Source of the DNA: Thermoplasmata archaeon
GTDB lineage: Archaea > Thermoplasmatota > Thermoplasmata > Lutacidiplasmatales > UBA184
Assembly (NCBI GenBank): GCA_027315165.1
Contig: DAHUYN010000009.1
Span: 8,770 to 72,769, forward strand
Direction of reading: 5' to 3'
DNA: 64,000 nt
Below the pieces are notes generated by a model. The model did not search any database. It saw only the letters and a list, made by a program, of their open reading frames with translations, and was not told the origin of the DNA. Shown here in pieces: positions 18,077 to 27,317 of the stretch (positions are counted from its first letter, which is position 1; every line of letters begins with the position of its first letter). The position numbers and the translations under genes are program-made.

Positions 18077-21000
18077 GTGCTCGTCCCCTCCCGTCGACTG
18101 GCCGCGATCATGTTCACCGACATGGTGGGCTACGCGCGGATCACCGAGCACGACGAGGCTCGGGCTCTCTCCCTCGTCCACGAGCAGGAGCGCCTTCTGC
18201 GGCCTCTCTTCGAGAAGCACCGGGGGCGCGTCGTCAAGACGACGGGGGATGGATTCCTCGTCGAGTTCGACAGTGCGCTCGACGCGACGGTCTGCTCGCT
18301 CGAGGCGCGCGACCGCCTCCGGGTCCACAATCGCGGCCACCCGGACGCCCGTATCGAGACCCGCATCGGCATCCACGTCGGAGACGTCGTCGAGGAGGGC
18401 GGGGACGTCTTCGGTGACGCGGTGAACGTCGCTTCCCGGGTCGAGCCCCTCGCCGACGCGGGCGGGGTCTGCGTGAGCCAGGCCGTCTACGAGCAGGTCG
18501 CGAACAAGGTCGATACGAGGTTCCGGCGCCTCGACCGGGCCGCGATGAAGAACATCGACTTCCCGTGGGCCGTCTACCGGCTCGAGACGCGGCAGGACGA
18601 GCCGGGGATCCCCATCGACGCGCGCGTGTCGCTCCCCCTGGTCGAGCGCGAGAAGGACCTCGCTCGGCTTCGGGAGGCGAGCGAGCGGCTCGCGGCGGGC
18701 GAGGGCGGCGTCCTGCTCGTGACCGGCGAGGCCGGCATCGGAAAGACGCGCCTCCTTCGAGAGCTCGGCCGCCTCTCCGCCGAGGTGGGGATGCTCGTGG
18801 CGGTCGGCCACGCCCACGAGGGCGAGTTCGAGCCCCCGCTCACCGTGTGGGTCGAGGCCCTCCGCACGCTCGTCGGGGAGCTCTCCCCGTCCGAGCTGAT
18901 GCAGGATGTCGGCCTCAACGCCTTCGTGGTCGGCCGCTACGTTCCCGAGCTGGTCCTCCGTCTCGGGGGCGCCCCCGCGGCGCCCGAGGTCGAGCCCGAG
19001 CCGTTCGTCCTCTTCGGCGCGGTGACGAAGCTCCTCGCGAACGCCTCTCGCCGCCGACCGCTCCTCCTGTTCCTCGAGGACCTCCAGTGGGCCGACGAGG
19101 TCTCGCTCCGCCTCCTCGAGTTCGTCGTGCGGAACACGCTCGACGAGCGCCTCCTGTGCATCGGCAGCTATCGGAGCGAGGAGTTCGAGCGCGGCGGCCG
19201 TCTGCCGGCGACGGTCCTCGAGCTGAGCCGCACCCGACCGTTGGGTCAGCTCGAGGTCGGCCCGCTCAGCGAGGCGGGCGTGGCGACGCTCTTGGCGTCG
19301 GCGCTCGGCACCGAGCAGGTCGCCGCCCCGTTGACGGCCCTGGTCCACGAGCGGACGGGCGGCAACCCCCTGTTCGTCGACGAGCTCGCCTGGGCGCTCA
19401 AGAACGCCGGAAGGATCCGGGTCGAGGGCGGCCGGGCGACCCTGACCGAGGGGCCTGTGCAGCTCCCGCAGACGGTGCAGCCGCTCATCGAGCGGCGCGT
19501 TCGCAGCCTGTCGCCCGGCGCTCGCGAGCTCCTCCGGACGGCGAGCGTCCTCGGCGCTCGCTTCGACGCGGGCACTCTCGAGGCCGTCGCGGGCCTCCCC
19601 CGCCCGGAGTTCCTCGACTCGGTCGAGGAGGCGCTGCGGGCGGGGATCCTCCGGGAGCGGCCGGCGGAGGCGGGGGCCTCGCTGACCTTCGCCGATGCGC
19701 GGCTGTGCGAGCACCTCTACACGACGGTCAGCTTCCTGCGCCGACGTGCGCTACACAGCGACATCGCCCGCGCGCTCGAGGCCTCGGGGGCCTCGGCCGA
19801 TCAGCTCGCCTACCACTACGACCGGGCGCGGCAGCCCGCGGAGGCGTCGGTCCACTTCGAGCGCGCCGGGGACGAGGCGCTCGCCCTCGGCGACTACCAC
19901 CGGGCGACGGAGCGCTTCGCGCGCGGCCTCGCCGACTGCCCGGAGCGGGAACGGGAGGCCCGCCGGCGCCTCGGCGTGAAGCTCGGCCGCTCGCTGCAGG
20001 AGGTCGGACGGTACCCGGAGGCGCTCGAGGCGCTCCTCGAGGCCCGACGCGCGGTCGATCGCCCGGCGGACGACGTGCCGATCGCGGTGTGGCTCTCGGC
20101 CGTCCGGCTGCGCCAGGGCCGCTTTGACGAGTCCCGCGCGGAGATGGAGTCCGCGCTGCGGACCCTCGGGGAGGCGACGACCCCGGAGGCGGCGGATGCG
20201 TGGAGCGGCTGGGCGGTCCTGCTCTGCAGCAACGGCGAGGTCGACGCGGCGATCGCCGCGGGGCAGCGCACCCTCGCGCTGTCGCGCCAGTTGCAGCGGC
20301 CCGAGCTGGTCTCGCAGGCGCTGAACAACCTCGGCTTCGCCTACACGAGCGCGTGCCGGTGGGACGACGCGGTCCGGTGCGTGACCGAGCGCCTCGAGAG
20401 CGCGGACGAGGGGGTCCGACCGTTCGAGTCGGCGGTGACCCTCCTCGATGCCGCGGGGGCGTACGGCGGGATCCTCGCCGAGTTCCCGACGGCCCTCGCC
20501 TACTACGACCGCGCCATCGATCGATTCCGCGCGATGGGCATCCACTCCTCGGAGGTCTATGCGAGGCTCGGCCGCGCGGGGCTCCTCGTCTTCCTCGGCC
20601 GGCTCGAGGAGGCCGAGCGAGAGATCGCCGAAGGGCTCCGGCGGGCCGCCGACCTCAGGATCGAGTGGGCCCGCGCCTACTACGCCCTGCACGCCGCGGA
20701 GATCGAGTGGCAGCGGGGCGACCTCGACGCCGCCGCGGAGCGCCTGCGCCGGCTCTTGAGCGACCTCCCGGTCGAGGTGCAGAGCCGGGGCCACCTCGAG
20801 CTGGAGGCCCACCACCAGCTCGCCCTCGTGCTCGCCGCCGAAGGGGACCGAGAGGCGGCCCGGGAGGAGATCCGACCCTGGTGGGGGACGCCGGACCCCC
20901 ATCGTTGCGGTCACTGCGGCGAGTTCACGAGCTACGTGGCGGCCTGGATCGAGGCCGTCGAACCGGGCGGGGACCCCCGGGTCTTCGACGAGGCGGTCGC

Positions 21001-21295
21001 CTACGCGATGCGCCGGGGGACTCCGATGGGCCGGGCGATGCTCGCCGTGCCGAGGGCGATGTGGGCCCGTCACCACGGGGCGCCGAGCGAGGCGGCGCTC
21101 GTCGAAGCCCAGGCGTTCCTGCACGACCGCGGGGTCTCGACGCTGCTGGCCGACACGCTCGCGGAGCACGCGCGCACCCTCGAGGCGCTCGGCGATGCGG
21201 CGGCCGCCGCCTCGCGGGCCCGCGAGAGCGCCGAGCTCTACGAGCGGGTCGGGTCCCCTCGCCGGGCCGCCGAGCTCCGGGGTTCCGATGCCTGA
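18077..21295 (+). CDS. Class III nucleotide cyclase - STAND (AAA_16) NTPase - TPR protein
   Basis: Cyclase: FTDMVGY, VKTTGDGF, DVFGDAVNVASR. NTPase: Walker A GEAGIGKT, Walker B EDLQWAD, GGNPLF. TPR-like helices follow. Start is uncertain (ORF open from 18023). Confidence 0.9.
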   Translation: MLVPSRRLAAIMFTDMVGYARITEHDEARALSLVHEQERLLRPLFEKHRGRVVKTTGDGFLVEFDSALDATVCSLEARDRLRVHNRGHPDARIETRIGIHVGDVVEEGGDVFGDAVNVASRVEPLADAGGVCVSQAVYEQVANKVDTRFRRLDRAAMKNIDFPWAVYRLETRQDEPGIPIDARVSLPLVEREKDLARLREASERLAAGEGGVLLVTGEAGIGKTRLLRELGRLSAEVGMLVAVGHAHEGEFEPPLTVWVEALRTLVGELSPSELMQDVGLNAFVVGRYVPELVLRLGGAPAAPEVEPEPFVLFGAVTKLLANASRRRPLLLFLEDLQWADEVSLRLLEFVVRNTLDERLLCIGSYRSEEFERGGRLPATVLELSRTRPLGQLEVGPLSEAGVATLLASALGTEQVAAPLTALVHERTGGNPLFVDELAWALKNAGRIRVEGGRATLTEGPVQLPQTVQPLIERRVRSLSPGARELLRTASVLGARFDAGTLEAVAGLPRPEFLDSVEEALRAGILRERPAEAGASLTFADARLCEHLYTTVSFLRRRALHSDIARALEASGASADQLAYHYDRARQPAEASVHFERAGDEALALGDYHRATERFARGLADCPEREREARRRLGVKLGRSLQEVGRYPEALEALLEARRAVDRPADDVPIAVWLSAVRLRQGRFDESRAEMESALRTLGEATTPEAADAWSGWAVLLCSNGEVDAAIAAGQRTLALSRQLQRPELVSQALNNLGFAYTSACRWDDAVRCVTERLESADEGVRPFESAVTLLDAAGAYGGILAEFPTALAYYDRAIDRFRAMGIHSSEVYARLGRAGLLVFLGRLEEAEREIAEGLRRAADLRIEWARAYYALHAAEIEWQRGDLDAAAERLRRLLSDLPVEVQSRGHLELEAHHQLALVLAAEGDREAAREEIRPWWGTPDPHRCGHCGEFTSYVAAWIEAVEPGGDPRVFDEAVAYAMRRGTPMGRAMLAVPRAMWARHHGAPSEAALVEAQAFLHDRGVSTLLADTLAEHARTLEALGDAAAAASRARESAELYERVGSPRRAAELRGSDA

Positions 21296-21367
21296 CCCTC
21301 TGCCACCGCGGGTCGCCACGAGCCCCGAGCCCTCGGTCGGGCCCTAGGGTTCATCTCCCCCCGCGCG

Positions 21368-22150
21368 GTGCCGTGGGACGTGACGCCCGGGGCCCGGGGT
21401 CGGCGCCGCGCCCGTCTGAGGGGGGGGACAAGCGCGGCAGCGCGCCCGTCCCGCGCCCGACGCCCTCCGGACCGCTCGCTCGTGGAGATCCGATTCAAGG
21501 GCGGCTCGGTCGCACGATGGATCGAGGAGCTCCAGGCGCGGTGGAACGCGAGCGTCCGTCTCCACGTCTGCCGGCCCCTCGACTCGGAGCACGCGAGGAT
21601 CCTCCGTCTCTTCGAGGTCGACTCCCCTCCGGCCCACATGGGCGAGGTCTGGGAGTACCTCCTCGAGCAGGTCGGTCCCGAGAACGCGGCGGTGACGCGC
21701 ATCGCCCCGAACCGGCTCATGGTCTGGACCTCGGCCCCGATCCCTCGGCTCTGTTCGGCGGTCTTCGAGGCGGGAGCGGTCTGCACGAGCTGCCCGTACC
21801 TCCCGCAGGGGCCCCACTCGGACGCCGAGGGATGGGGGCTGCTCGTCCCCGACGCGGCGAACGCGCAGATCCCCCTCGATGCGATGACGCGTCCCGGGCG
21901 CCCTCCGCCGACGGTCCTTCGCATCGGCCGGTATCAGTCGACCGGCGCGCTGACCCCGCGTCAAGAGCGCGCGATCGACGAGGCGCTCCGGCTCGGCTAC
22001 TTCGCCCACCCGAGGCGGGCGGGGCTCGCCGAGGTCGCCGAGGCGCTCGGCGTCAGCCGGTCGACGGCGATGGAGATCCTGCGGCGGGCGGTGTTCAAGC
22101 TCGCGCAGCAGCGCAAGTCGGCGACGGTCGCGACGACCGGGCTCACCTAG
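21368..22150 (+). CDS. HTH_10 (bacterio-opsin activator-type) transcription regulator
   Basis: C-terminal LTPRQERAIDEALRLGYFAHPRRAGLAEVAEALGVSRST...LRRA. The start may be the GTG at 21482. Confidence 0.85.
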   Translation: MPWDVTPGARGRRRARLRGGTSAAARPSRARRPPDRSLVEIRFKGGSVARWIEELQARWNASVRLHVCRPLDSEHARILRLFEVDSPPAHMGEVWEYLLEQVGPENAAVTRIAPNRLMVWTSAPIPRLCSAVFEAGAVCTSCPYLPQGPHSDAEGWGLLVPDAANAQIPLDAMTRPGRPPPTVLRIGRYQSTGALTPRQERAIDEALRLGYFAHPRRAGLAEVAEALGVSRSTAMEILRRAVFKLAQQRKSATVATTGLT

Positions 22151-23174
22151 CCCGGGGCACGACGACGGTCCGGAGCCCCTCCCCACGGCGGAGGGCGTCG
22201 GCCGCCTCGCCGATCCGTTCGAGCGGGACCGTCCCCGTGACGACCGGGTCGAGCTGGACCCGGCCCCGTCGGACGAGCTCGACGATGCGGGGGTAGTCGA
22301 CGGGCCGGCAGCCGAGCGAGCCCATCATCGTGTACTCGAGGAACATCACCTTCTGCACGGGGACCTCCGCCGGGCGGTCGCTGTAGCCGACCAGGCAGAT
22401 GCGCCCGCCCCGGGCGACCGCAGAGAACGCCATCCCGATCGTCTTGGGCGAGCCGACCGCCTCGAACACGACATCGGCTCCGCCCGGCAGGAGGGCCCGG
22501 ACCGCCTTTCCGAACTCCGGGGCGCTCTGGGGGTTGAGCGTCTCCGCGGCGCCGAGGCGCCGCGCCACCTCGAGCTTCGCGTCGGACAGGTCGACGGCGA
22601 GCACGTGTGCGCCGGCGAGGTGGGCGAACTGGACGACGTTGACGCCGACGCCCCCGCAGCCGATCACGACGACGGTCTCGCCCCCGAGCACGCGCGCCCG
22701 GCGGACCACGGCGTGGTACGGCGTCGAGAGCGCGTCCGCGATCACCGCCCCCTTGACGAGGTCGACCTCGTCGGGCAGCTCGACGAGAAGGTCCGCGGGC
22801 GCGACGACGGCCTCCGCGAACCCTCCGTCCGTGTGGTTGCCGAACATCACCATCGAGGAGCAGATGTTCCCCCGACCCGAGCGGCAGAGCGCGCATCGCC
22901 CGCAGGGCAGCACGGCCGGCAGCACGACGCGCCGTCCCAGCACCGACGGGTCCACGCGAGGGCCGTGCTCGGCGACACGGCCCGAGATCTCGTGCCCGAG
23001 CACGAGCGGGGGTGGCTTCGCCGTCGGCACGCCGTGGTCGAGGTAGTGCAGGTCGGTGTGGCAGAAGCCGCAGCCCGCGACGTCGACGACGACCTCGCCG
23101 GGTCCCGCCACCGGGCGCGGAACGTCCCGCACCACGAGCTCCCGGGCCCCCTTCTCCAGGACCGCTGCGCGCAT
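22143..23174 (-). CDS. had: Zn-dependent dehydrogenase, probable 6-hydroxycyclohex-1-ene-1-carbonyl-CoA dehydrogenase
   Basis: GCGFCHTDLHY..GVPT..P.PLVLGHEISG, PAVLPCGRCALC, ADALSTPY, GSLGCRP. Context fits the pathway. Confidence 0.78.
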   Translation of the reverse strand: MRAAVLEKGARELVVRDVPRPVAGPGEVVVDVAGCGFCHTDLHYLDHGVPTAKPPPLVLGHEISGRVAEHGPRVDPSVLGRRVVLPAVLPCGRCALCRSGRGNICSSMVMFGNHTDGGFAEAVVAPADLLVELPDEVDLVKGAVIADALSTPYHAVVRRARVLGGETVVVIGCGGVGVNVVQFAHLAGAHVLAVDLSDAKLEVARRLGAAETLNPQSAPEFGKAVRALLPGGADVVFEAVGSPKTIGMAFSAVARGGRICLVGYSDRPAEVPVQKVMFLEYTMMGSLGCRPVDYPRIVELVRRGRVQLDPVVTGTVPLERIGEAADALRRGEGLRTVVVPRAR

Positions 23175-23187
23175 CGGAGTCCCTCCC

Positions 23188-24432
23188 TCACTCGAAGAGG
23201 ATCGACTCGACGAACGTCTCGAGCTGCAGTCGGGACTGCTCGTAGGCGCTCGAGCGCTCCTCGAACTCGAGATGGAGGTACGGCACCTTCGCCTCGTCGA
23301 GCGCGCGTCGGTAGAGCACGACGTCCTCGAGCGCCGGCTCGCAGAACTTCGCCGTGAGGAAGATGACCCCCTGCGCCCCGCTCCGCCGGACCCTCTCGAG
23401 GACGGCCGCCCCCTTCGTCGTCGGCGTCGCGCGGACGCCGAGGTCCACCGGGTTCTCGACGTAGGCCCGCGCGAGCTCGGTGAGCGGGTCCCCCGTGCTC
23501 GGCACCTCGCGGTACCAGCGCAGGAGCATCTGCAGCTCGTCCTCGACGACGTAGCAGCCGACCTCCTCGAGAAGGTCGAGGAGGTCGAGGGTCGGCTGCT
23601 CGCAGAACGGACCCACGATCGCGACGCGGACGGAGTCCTTGCGGCTCCGGCTGCGCCCGTCGAGGGCGGAGAGGGCCTTTTGGAGGAGCTCGATGTGCCG
23701 CTCTCGCGGGAGGAAGTTGCCGACGCGGACGAGCAGGTAGGCCTCTGTCGCCGAGAGGACCCAGGGCTCCCGTCGCTTGCGTTCGACGAGCTCCCGGACG
23801 AGCGCGCGGTTCTCGTTGAACACCGAAAAGGAGTGCCGGAGGGCCTCCGGGGTCAGCGGTGTACCTCCCGCCGCCTCGAGCTGCCGGGCGAGCCGGCCGT
23901 ACTCGTGGGTGAGATACGGCACCGTCGCCTTCGAGGTGAAGTTCTGCGGCAGGTGGAGCATGTGCGTCGGGCGCCCGGGAAGGACACGGGAGAAGATCCC
24001 CTCGAGGTTGCGGCTCACATCGCAGATGTAGGGAAACACGAACGCCGAGAACGGGTCGAGCCGGCCCGTGAGGGCGAGCTCGAGCGTCGACTTGCTCACC
24101 GAGCAGAGGAAAGAGCCCAGGGGGGCGTCGGCCCGCGTGATGTCGATGCTCTCGCCGGCCCCCTGCACGAGCACCGGGAGCATGCCCATCGCGTGCGCGA
24201 TCTCCTGGGGCGTGTAGACGGGGAAGAAGGCGACCGCCTTCCGACCGGACCGGGTCCAGGCGCGGACCGTCGGGAACGTGGGGTCCTGGACGACCTCGCG
24301 CGCCCAGGCGACCATCTCCTCGACCGTGCCGAGCCGGGAGACCTCCGCAAGGTCGTCGGAGAGCTCCATCCCTCCCGCCGGCGCGGGCTCGGCGACGGGG
24401 GGCACCGCGTTGAGGGGGATCAGACGGGCCAT
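23188..24432 (-). CDS. bcrC: Benzoyl-CoA reductase subunit C-like (2-hydroxyacyl-CoA dehydratase family)
   Basis: PVYTPQEIAHAMGMLP, SFLCSVSKSTLEL, FPYICDVSRNL, GPFCEQP, KFCEPAL. Confidence 0.78.
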   Translation of the reverse strand: MARLIPLNAVPPVAEPAPAGGMELSDDLAEVSRLGTVEEMVAWAREVVQDPTFPTVRAWTRSGRKAVAFFPVYTPQEIAHAMGMLPVLVQGAGESIDITRADAPLGSFLCSVSKSTLELALTGRLDPFSAFVFPYICDVSRNLEGIFSRVLPGRPTHMLHLPQNFTSKATVPYLTHEYGRLARQLEAAGGTPLTPEALRHSFSVFNENRALVRELVERKRREPWVLSATEAYLLVRVGNFLPRERHIELLQKALSALDGRSRSRKDSVRVAIVGPFCEQPTLDLLDLLEEVGCYVVEDELQMLLRWYREVPSTGDPLTELARAYVENPVDLGVRATPTTKGAAVLERVRRSGAQGVIFLTAKFCEPALEDVVLYRRALDEAKVPYLHLEFEERSSAYEQSRLQLETFVESILFE

Positions 24433-24433
24433 C

Positions 24434-25243
24434 CTAGGCTCCGACCGTCGGCACGCCCGCGGCGACCTTCTGCGCCCGGCTGTGTCCGAGCAGCGCGGCC
24501 CCGATCGCGGCCGCGTAGTGGGCCTCGGGCCGCACGTTGATCGGCAGCTTCGTGGTCCCCTCGAGGGCGCGGACCATCCCCGGGTTCGCGACGAGCCCTC
24601 CGACGAGCGTGACCTCGGGCCGAAGGCCGACGTAGGTCATCAGCGACTGCGCGCGCTGCGCGAGCGAGAGGAAGATCCCCATCAGGATGTCCTGGACCGG
24701 GATCCCCTCCGCGACGTTGTTGATGATCTCGGTCTCGGCCAGGACCGCGCAGACGCTCGAGATCGTCTTCGGTTGCGTCGCCGCGAGCGCGCGTGGGCCC
24801 ATCTCCTCGAGCGGCACCTGCAGGTACTTCGAGCACCGCTCGACGAACCGTCCGGCGCCGGCGGCGCACTTCTCGTTCATCTTGAACTTCGCCACGCGCC
24901 CGGTCTCGGTGACGGAGATGGCGCGCGACGACTGGGCGCCGACGTCGAGGACCAAGCGGGTCCCGGGGAAGAGGAAGACCGCGCCGCGGGCCGACGAGGT
25001 GATGTCGCTCACCTGGAGCTGGCGCTCCGGGAACGAGTAGCGGCCGAAGCCGGTCGTGCAGACGTAGGCGACGTCGCCCTCGAGCAGGTTCTCCTCCTCG
25101 GCCATCTGTTCGAGGAGCGCGTGGGCGACGCCGGTCGGGTTGCCTCGGGTCGGACGGCTCGCCGAGCGCAGGAGCCGCCTCCCGTCCTCGAGGAGGACCC
25201 CTTTCGTGGTCCCGCTGCCGATGTCGAGCCCGGCGGTGATCAT
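24434..25243 (-). CDS. bcrD: Benzoyl-CoA reductase ATPase subunit D-like (BcrAD/BadFG activase)
   Basis: ATG at 25243. GLDIGSGTTK, DVGAQ, KCAAGAG, ISSVCAVLAETE (BcrD-like). Confidence 0.75.
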   Translation of the reverse strand: MITAGLDIGSGTTKGVLLEDGRRLLRSASRPTRGNPTGVAHALLEQMAEEENLLEGDVAYVCTTGFGRYSFPERQLQVSDITSSARGAVFLFPGTRLVLDVGAQSSRAISVTETGRVAKFKMNEKCAAGAGRFVERCSKYLQVPLEEMGPRALAATQPKTISSVCAVLAETEIINNVAEGIPVQDILMGIFLSLAQRAQSLMTYVGLRPEVTLVGGLVANPGMVRALEGTTKLPINVRPEAHYAAAIGAALLGHSRAQKVAAGVPTVGA

Positions 25244-26028
25244 GCGGCGGACCCCCCGAGGCGGTCCCGTCCGATCAGGGCCGCGCCGACCGCGCCGAGG
25301 TACTGCGAGAGCGGGCTCACGTTCACGGGCAGCCCGAGCCGCCGCCGCATCGCGAGGACCATCCCCTCGTTCCGCGAGACCCCGCCCGTGAAGGTCACCT
25401 CCGCCTCGACGCCGACGCGCTGCATCAGCGAGAAGGAGCGGCTGACGATGCTCTCGTGGAGGCCCGCGAGGATGTCCTTCGCCTCCTTGCCTCTCGAGAC
25501 GAACGACGTCACCTCGGACTCGGCGAAGACCGTGCACGTGCTCGAGATCTTGACGGGCCGACGGGCCTGGAGCGAGAGCGGGCCGATCTCGCCGACATCG
25601 AAGCCGAGGGCGTTCGCGCAGACGTCGAGGAACCGCCCCGTTCCGGCGGCGCACTTGTCGTTCATCGCGAAATCGACGACCTCGCCCTTCGGGCTGACCT
25701 TGATCGCCTTCGTGTCCTGCCCGCCGATGTCGACGACGAGGCGTGTGCCCGGGAACAGGAAGTGCGCCCCGCGTGCGTGGCAGGAGATCTCGGTCACGGT
25801 CAGCTGGCCGAAGTAGACCTTGTAGCGCCCGTAGCCGGTACCGGTCGTGAACGCGACCTCCGAGCGCGAGACCCCGGCCTCGGCGAGGGCGAGCTCGAGG
25901 GCCCTCTCCGCGTCCTTGACGATGTCGACGCCGACGGGGTTGAGCGAGGTGCCGAGGATCTTGTCGCCGTCCAAGAGCACGCACTTCGCGGTCGTCGACC
26001 CGATGTCGACACCGGCGACGATCGTCAT
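25240..26028 (-). CDS. bcrA: Benzoyl-CoA reductase ATPase subunit A-like (compact activase)
   Basis: GVDIGSTTAK, TGYGR, EISCHARGA, DIGGQDTK, MNDKCAAGTGRFL, SSTCTVFAESE. Confidence 0.72.
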   Translation of the reverse strand: MTIVAGVDIGSTTAKCVLLDGDKILGTSLNPVGVDIVKDAERALELALAEAGVSRSEVAFTTGTGYGRYKVYFGQLTVTEISCHARGAHFLFPGTRLVVDIGGQDTKAIKVSPKGEVVDFAMNDKCAAGTGRFLDVCANALGFDVGEIGPLSLQARRPVKISSTCTVFAESEVTSFVSRGKEAKDILAGLHESIVSRSFSLMQRVGVEAEVTFTGGVSRNEGMVLAMRRRLGLPVNVSPLSQYLGAVGAALIGRDRLGGSAA

Positions 26029-27317
26029 CGGGCCCCCCGGGCGGCCGCGGCCCGCCGCCCTTCGAGCGACTCGAAGAACGCGTCCATCCGGTTCTTGACC
26101 TGGGCCGGGGCGAAGTACCGAGGATCCTCGTGGTCCGATTCGAGGTAGAGCGTCGGGACGTCGCGCTCTCGGATGAGCCAGTCGCGGAGGTCACCCTGGC
26201 CGGCGGTGAACGACCGACACGACTTGATCCCGTGGATCAGCACGGCGTCGGCCTCGAAGTCCTTGAGATACCGCTCGATGAGCTGTCGTCGGACCGGCCA
26301 GGACTGGTTGACGTAGGCGCCGAGGCTGTACTCGGCGATGCTCTCGAACGGGCGGCTGGGGTCGTGCAGGAAGCCGGCATCGAAGAGGCCCCCCACCTTC
26401 GGATACGTCGCGGCGACCGAGACCGCCCCCCACTTGCGGAAGAAGTCCCAGAAGGTCCGGTAGTTCGTGTACGGTGGCACCCCCTCGACGACGAGTCGGA
26501 ACCTCTCCTCCGGCACGGCGAACTCGCCGGCCTTCACGCGCTGCTCGACCTCCTCGTTGACGTGCTCGTAGAACGCGGTGGCCTCTCGAGTCCCTCGGAG
26601 GACGTTGATCGGGAACATGTAGAAGACCGCCTCGAAGTACGCCTCGATCGGGGACGGGCGGTGCCGCCCCGCGTTGAGGTAGCGGACCCACCCCTCCTCG
26701 GCGCGCCGGCTCTCGGCGAGGACCCGCTTGAGCTCGTTGATGTCGAAGTCGCGGCCCGTGCGCTTCTCGAGGTCGTGGACGAACTCCCAGAGCTGCGCGA
26801 CGAGGTACTCGACGTCCTCCTTGCGGATCGCCTCCTCGCGCTGGTACGGCACGTCGTACGTGACCATCGGGGCCCCGTACGTCTCGGAGAGCGCCTCCCA
26901 CCACTTCACGTAGACGTAGCAGCCGGAGAAGCTGCAGACGAGCAGGTCGGGACGCGGGATCTTGCCGAAGGAGGTCGTGCCTCCGCGAGCCTGGAGCCCG
27001 AGGTCGTTCTTGACGTAGCCGCAGACGTCGAGCCCGTATCCCATCGACTCGGCGTGGAGGATGTTGTCGAGCGACTGGTGCTTGATCGCGCAGTTGAGCG
27101 CGACGATCTCGGGAAAGACCACCTCGTAGCCGAACGCCCGGACGATCTCGGTGAGGTTTCCCCCGACGAGCATGTAGGCGACGGGACGCTCCGGTCCGCC
27201 GGCCCCCTGGAGCCGCGCGTAGTACTCCTCGACGAGCCTGCGCTGACGGTCGCGCCCGCTCTCGAGGGCATCGGGAGGCCCCGGTGGCGCCACGGCCGCA
27301 GACGCCTCAGTCGGCAT
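26025..27317 (-). CDS. bcrB: Benzoyl-CoA reductase subunit B-like
   Basis: GNLTE...PE, DVCGYVKNDLG, IPRPDLL..SFSGC...KW.E, YPKVGG, IKSCRSFTAGQ, ESD..DPRYF. Confidence 0.8.
   Translation of the reverse strand: MPTEASAAVAPPGPPDALESGRDRQRRLVEEYYARLQGAGGPERPVAYMLVGGNLTEIVRAFGYEVVFPEIVALNCAIKHQSLDNILHAESMGYGLDVCGYVKNDLGLQARGGTTSFGKIPRPDLLVCSFSGCYVYVKWWEALSETYGAPMVTYDVPYQREEAIRKEDVEYLVAQLWEFVHDLEKRTGRDFDINELKRVLAESRRAEEGWVRYLNAGRHRPSPIEAYFEAVFYMFPINVLRGTREATAFYEHVNEEVEQRVKAGEFAVPEERFRLVVEGVPPYTNYRTFWDFFRKWGAVSVAATYPKVGGLFDAGFLHDPSRPFESIAEYSLGAYVNQSWPVRRQLIERYLKDFEADAVLIHGIKSCRSFTAGQGDLRDWLIRERDVPTLYLESDHEDPRYFAPAQVKNRMDAFFESLEGRRAAAARGAR

Noticed and set aside
24434-26194. 586-aa ORF as a single fused activase
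   Set aside because: Only the last 269 aa (from ATG 25243) are activase-like. The upstream part is an off-frame shadow of the neighbouring gene.
23188-27317. Interpretation as an amino-acid-fermentation 2-hydroxyacyl-CoA dehydratase
   Set aside because: Two distinct activases plus flanking Had- and Oah-like genes fit benzoyl-CoA reductase better. It is not formally excluded without phylogeny.
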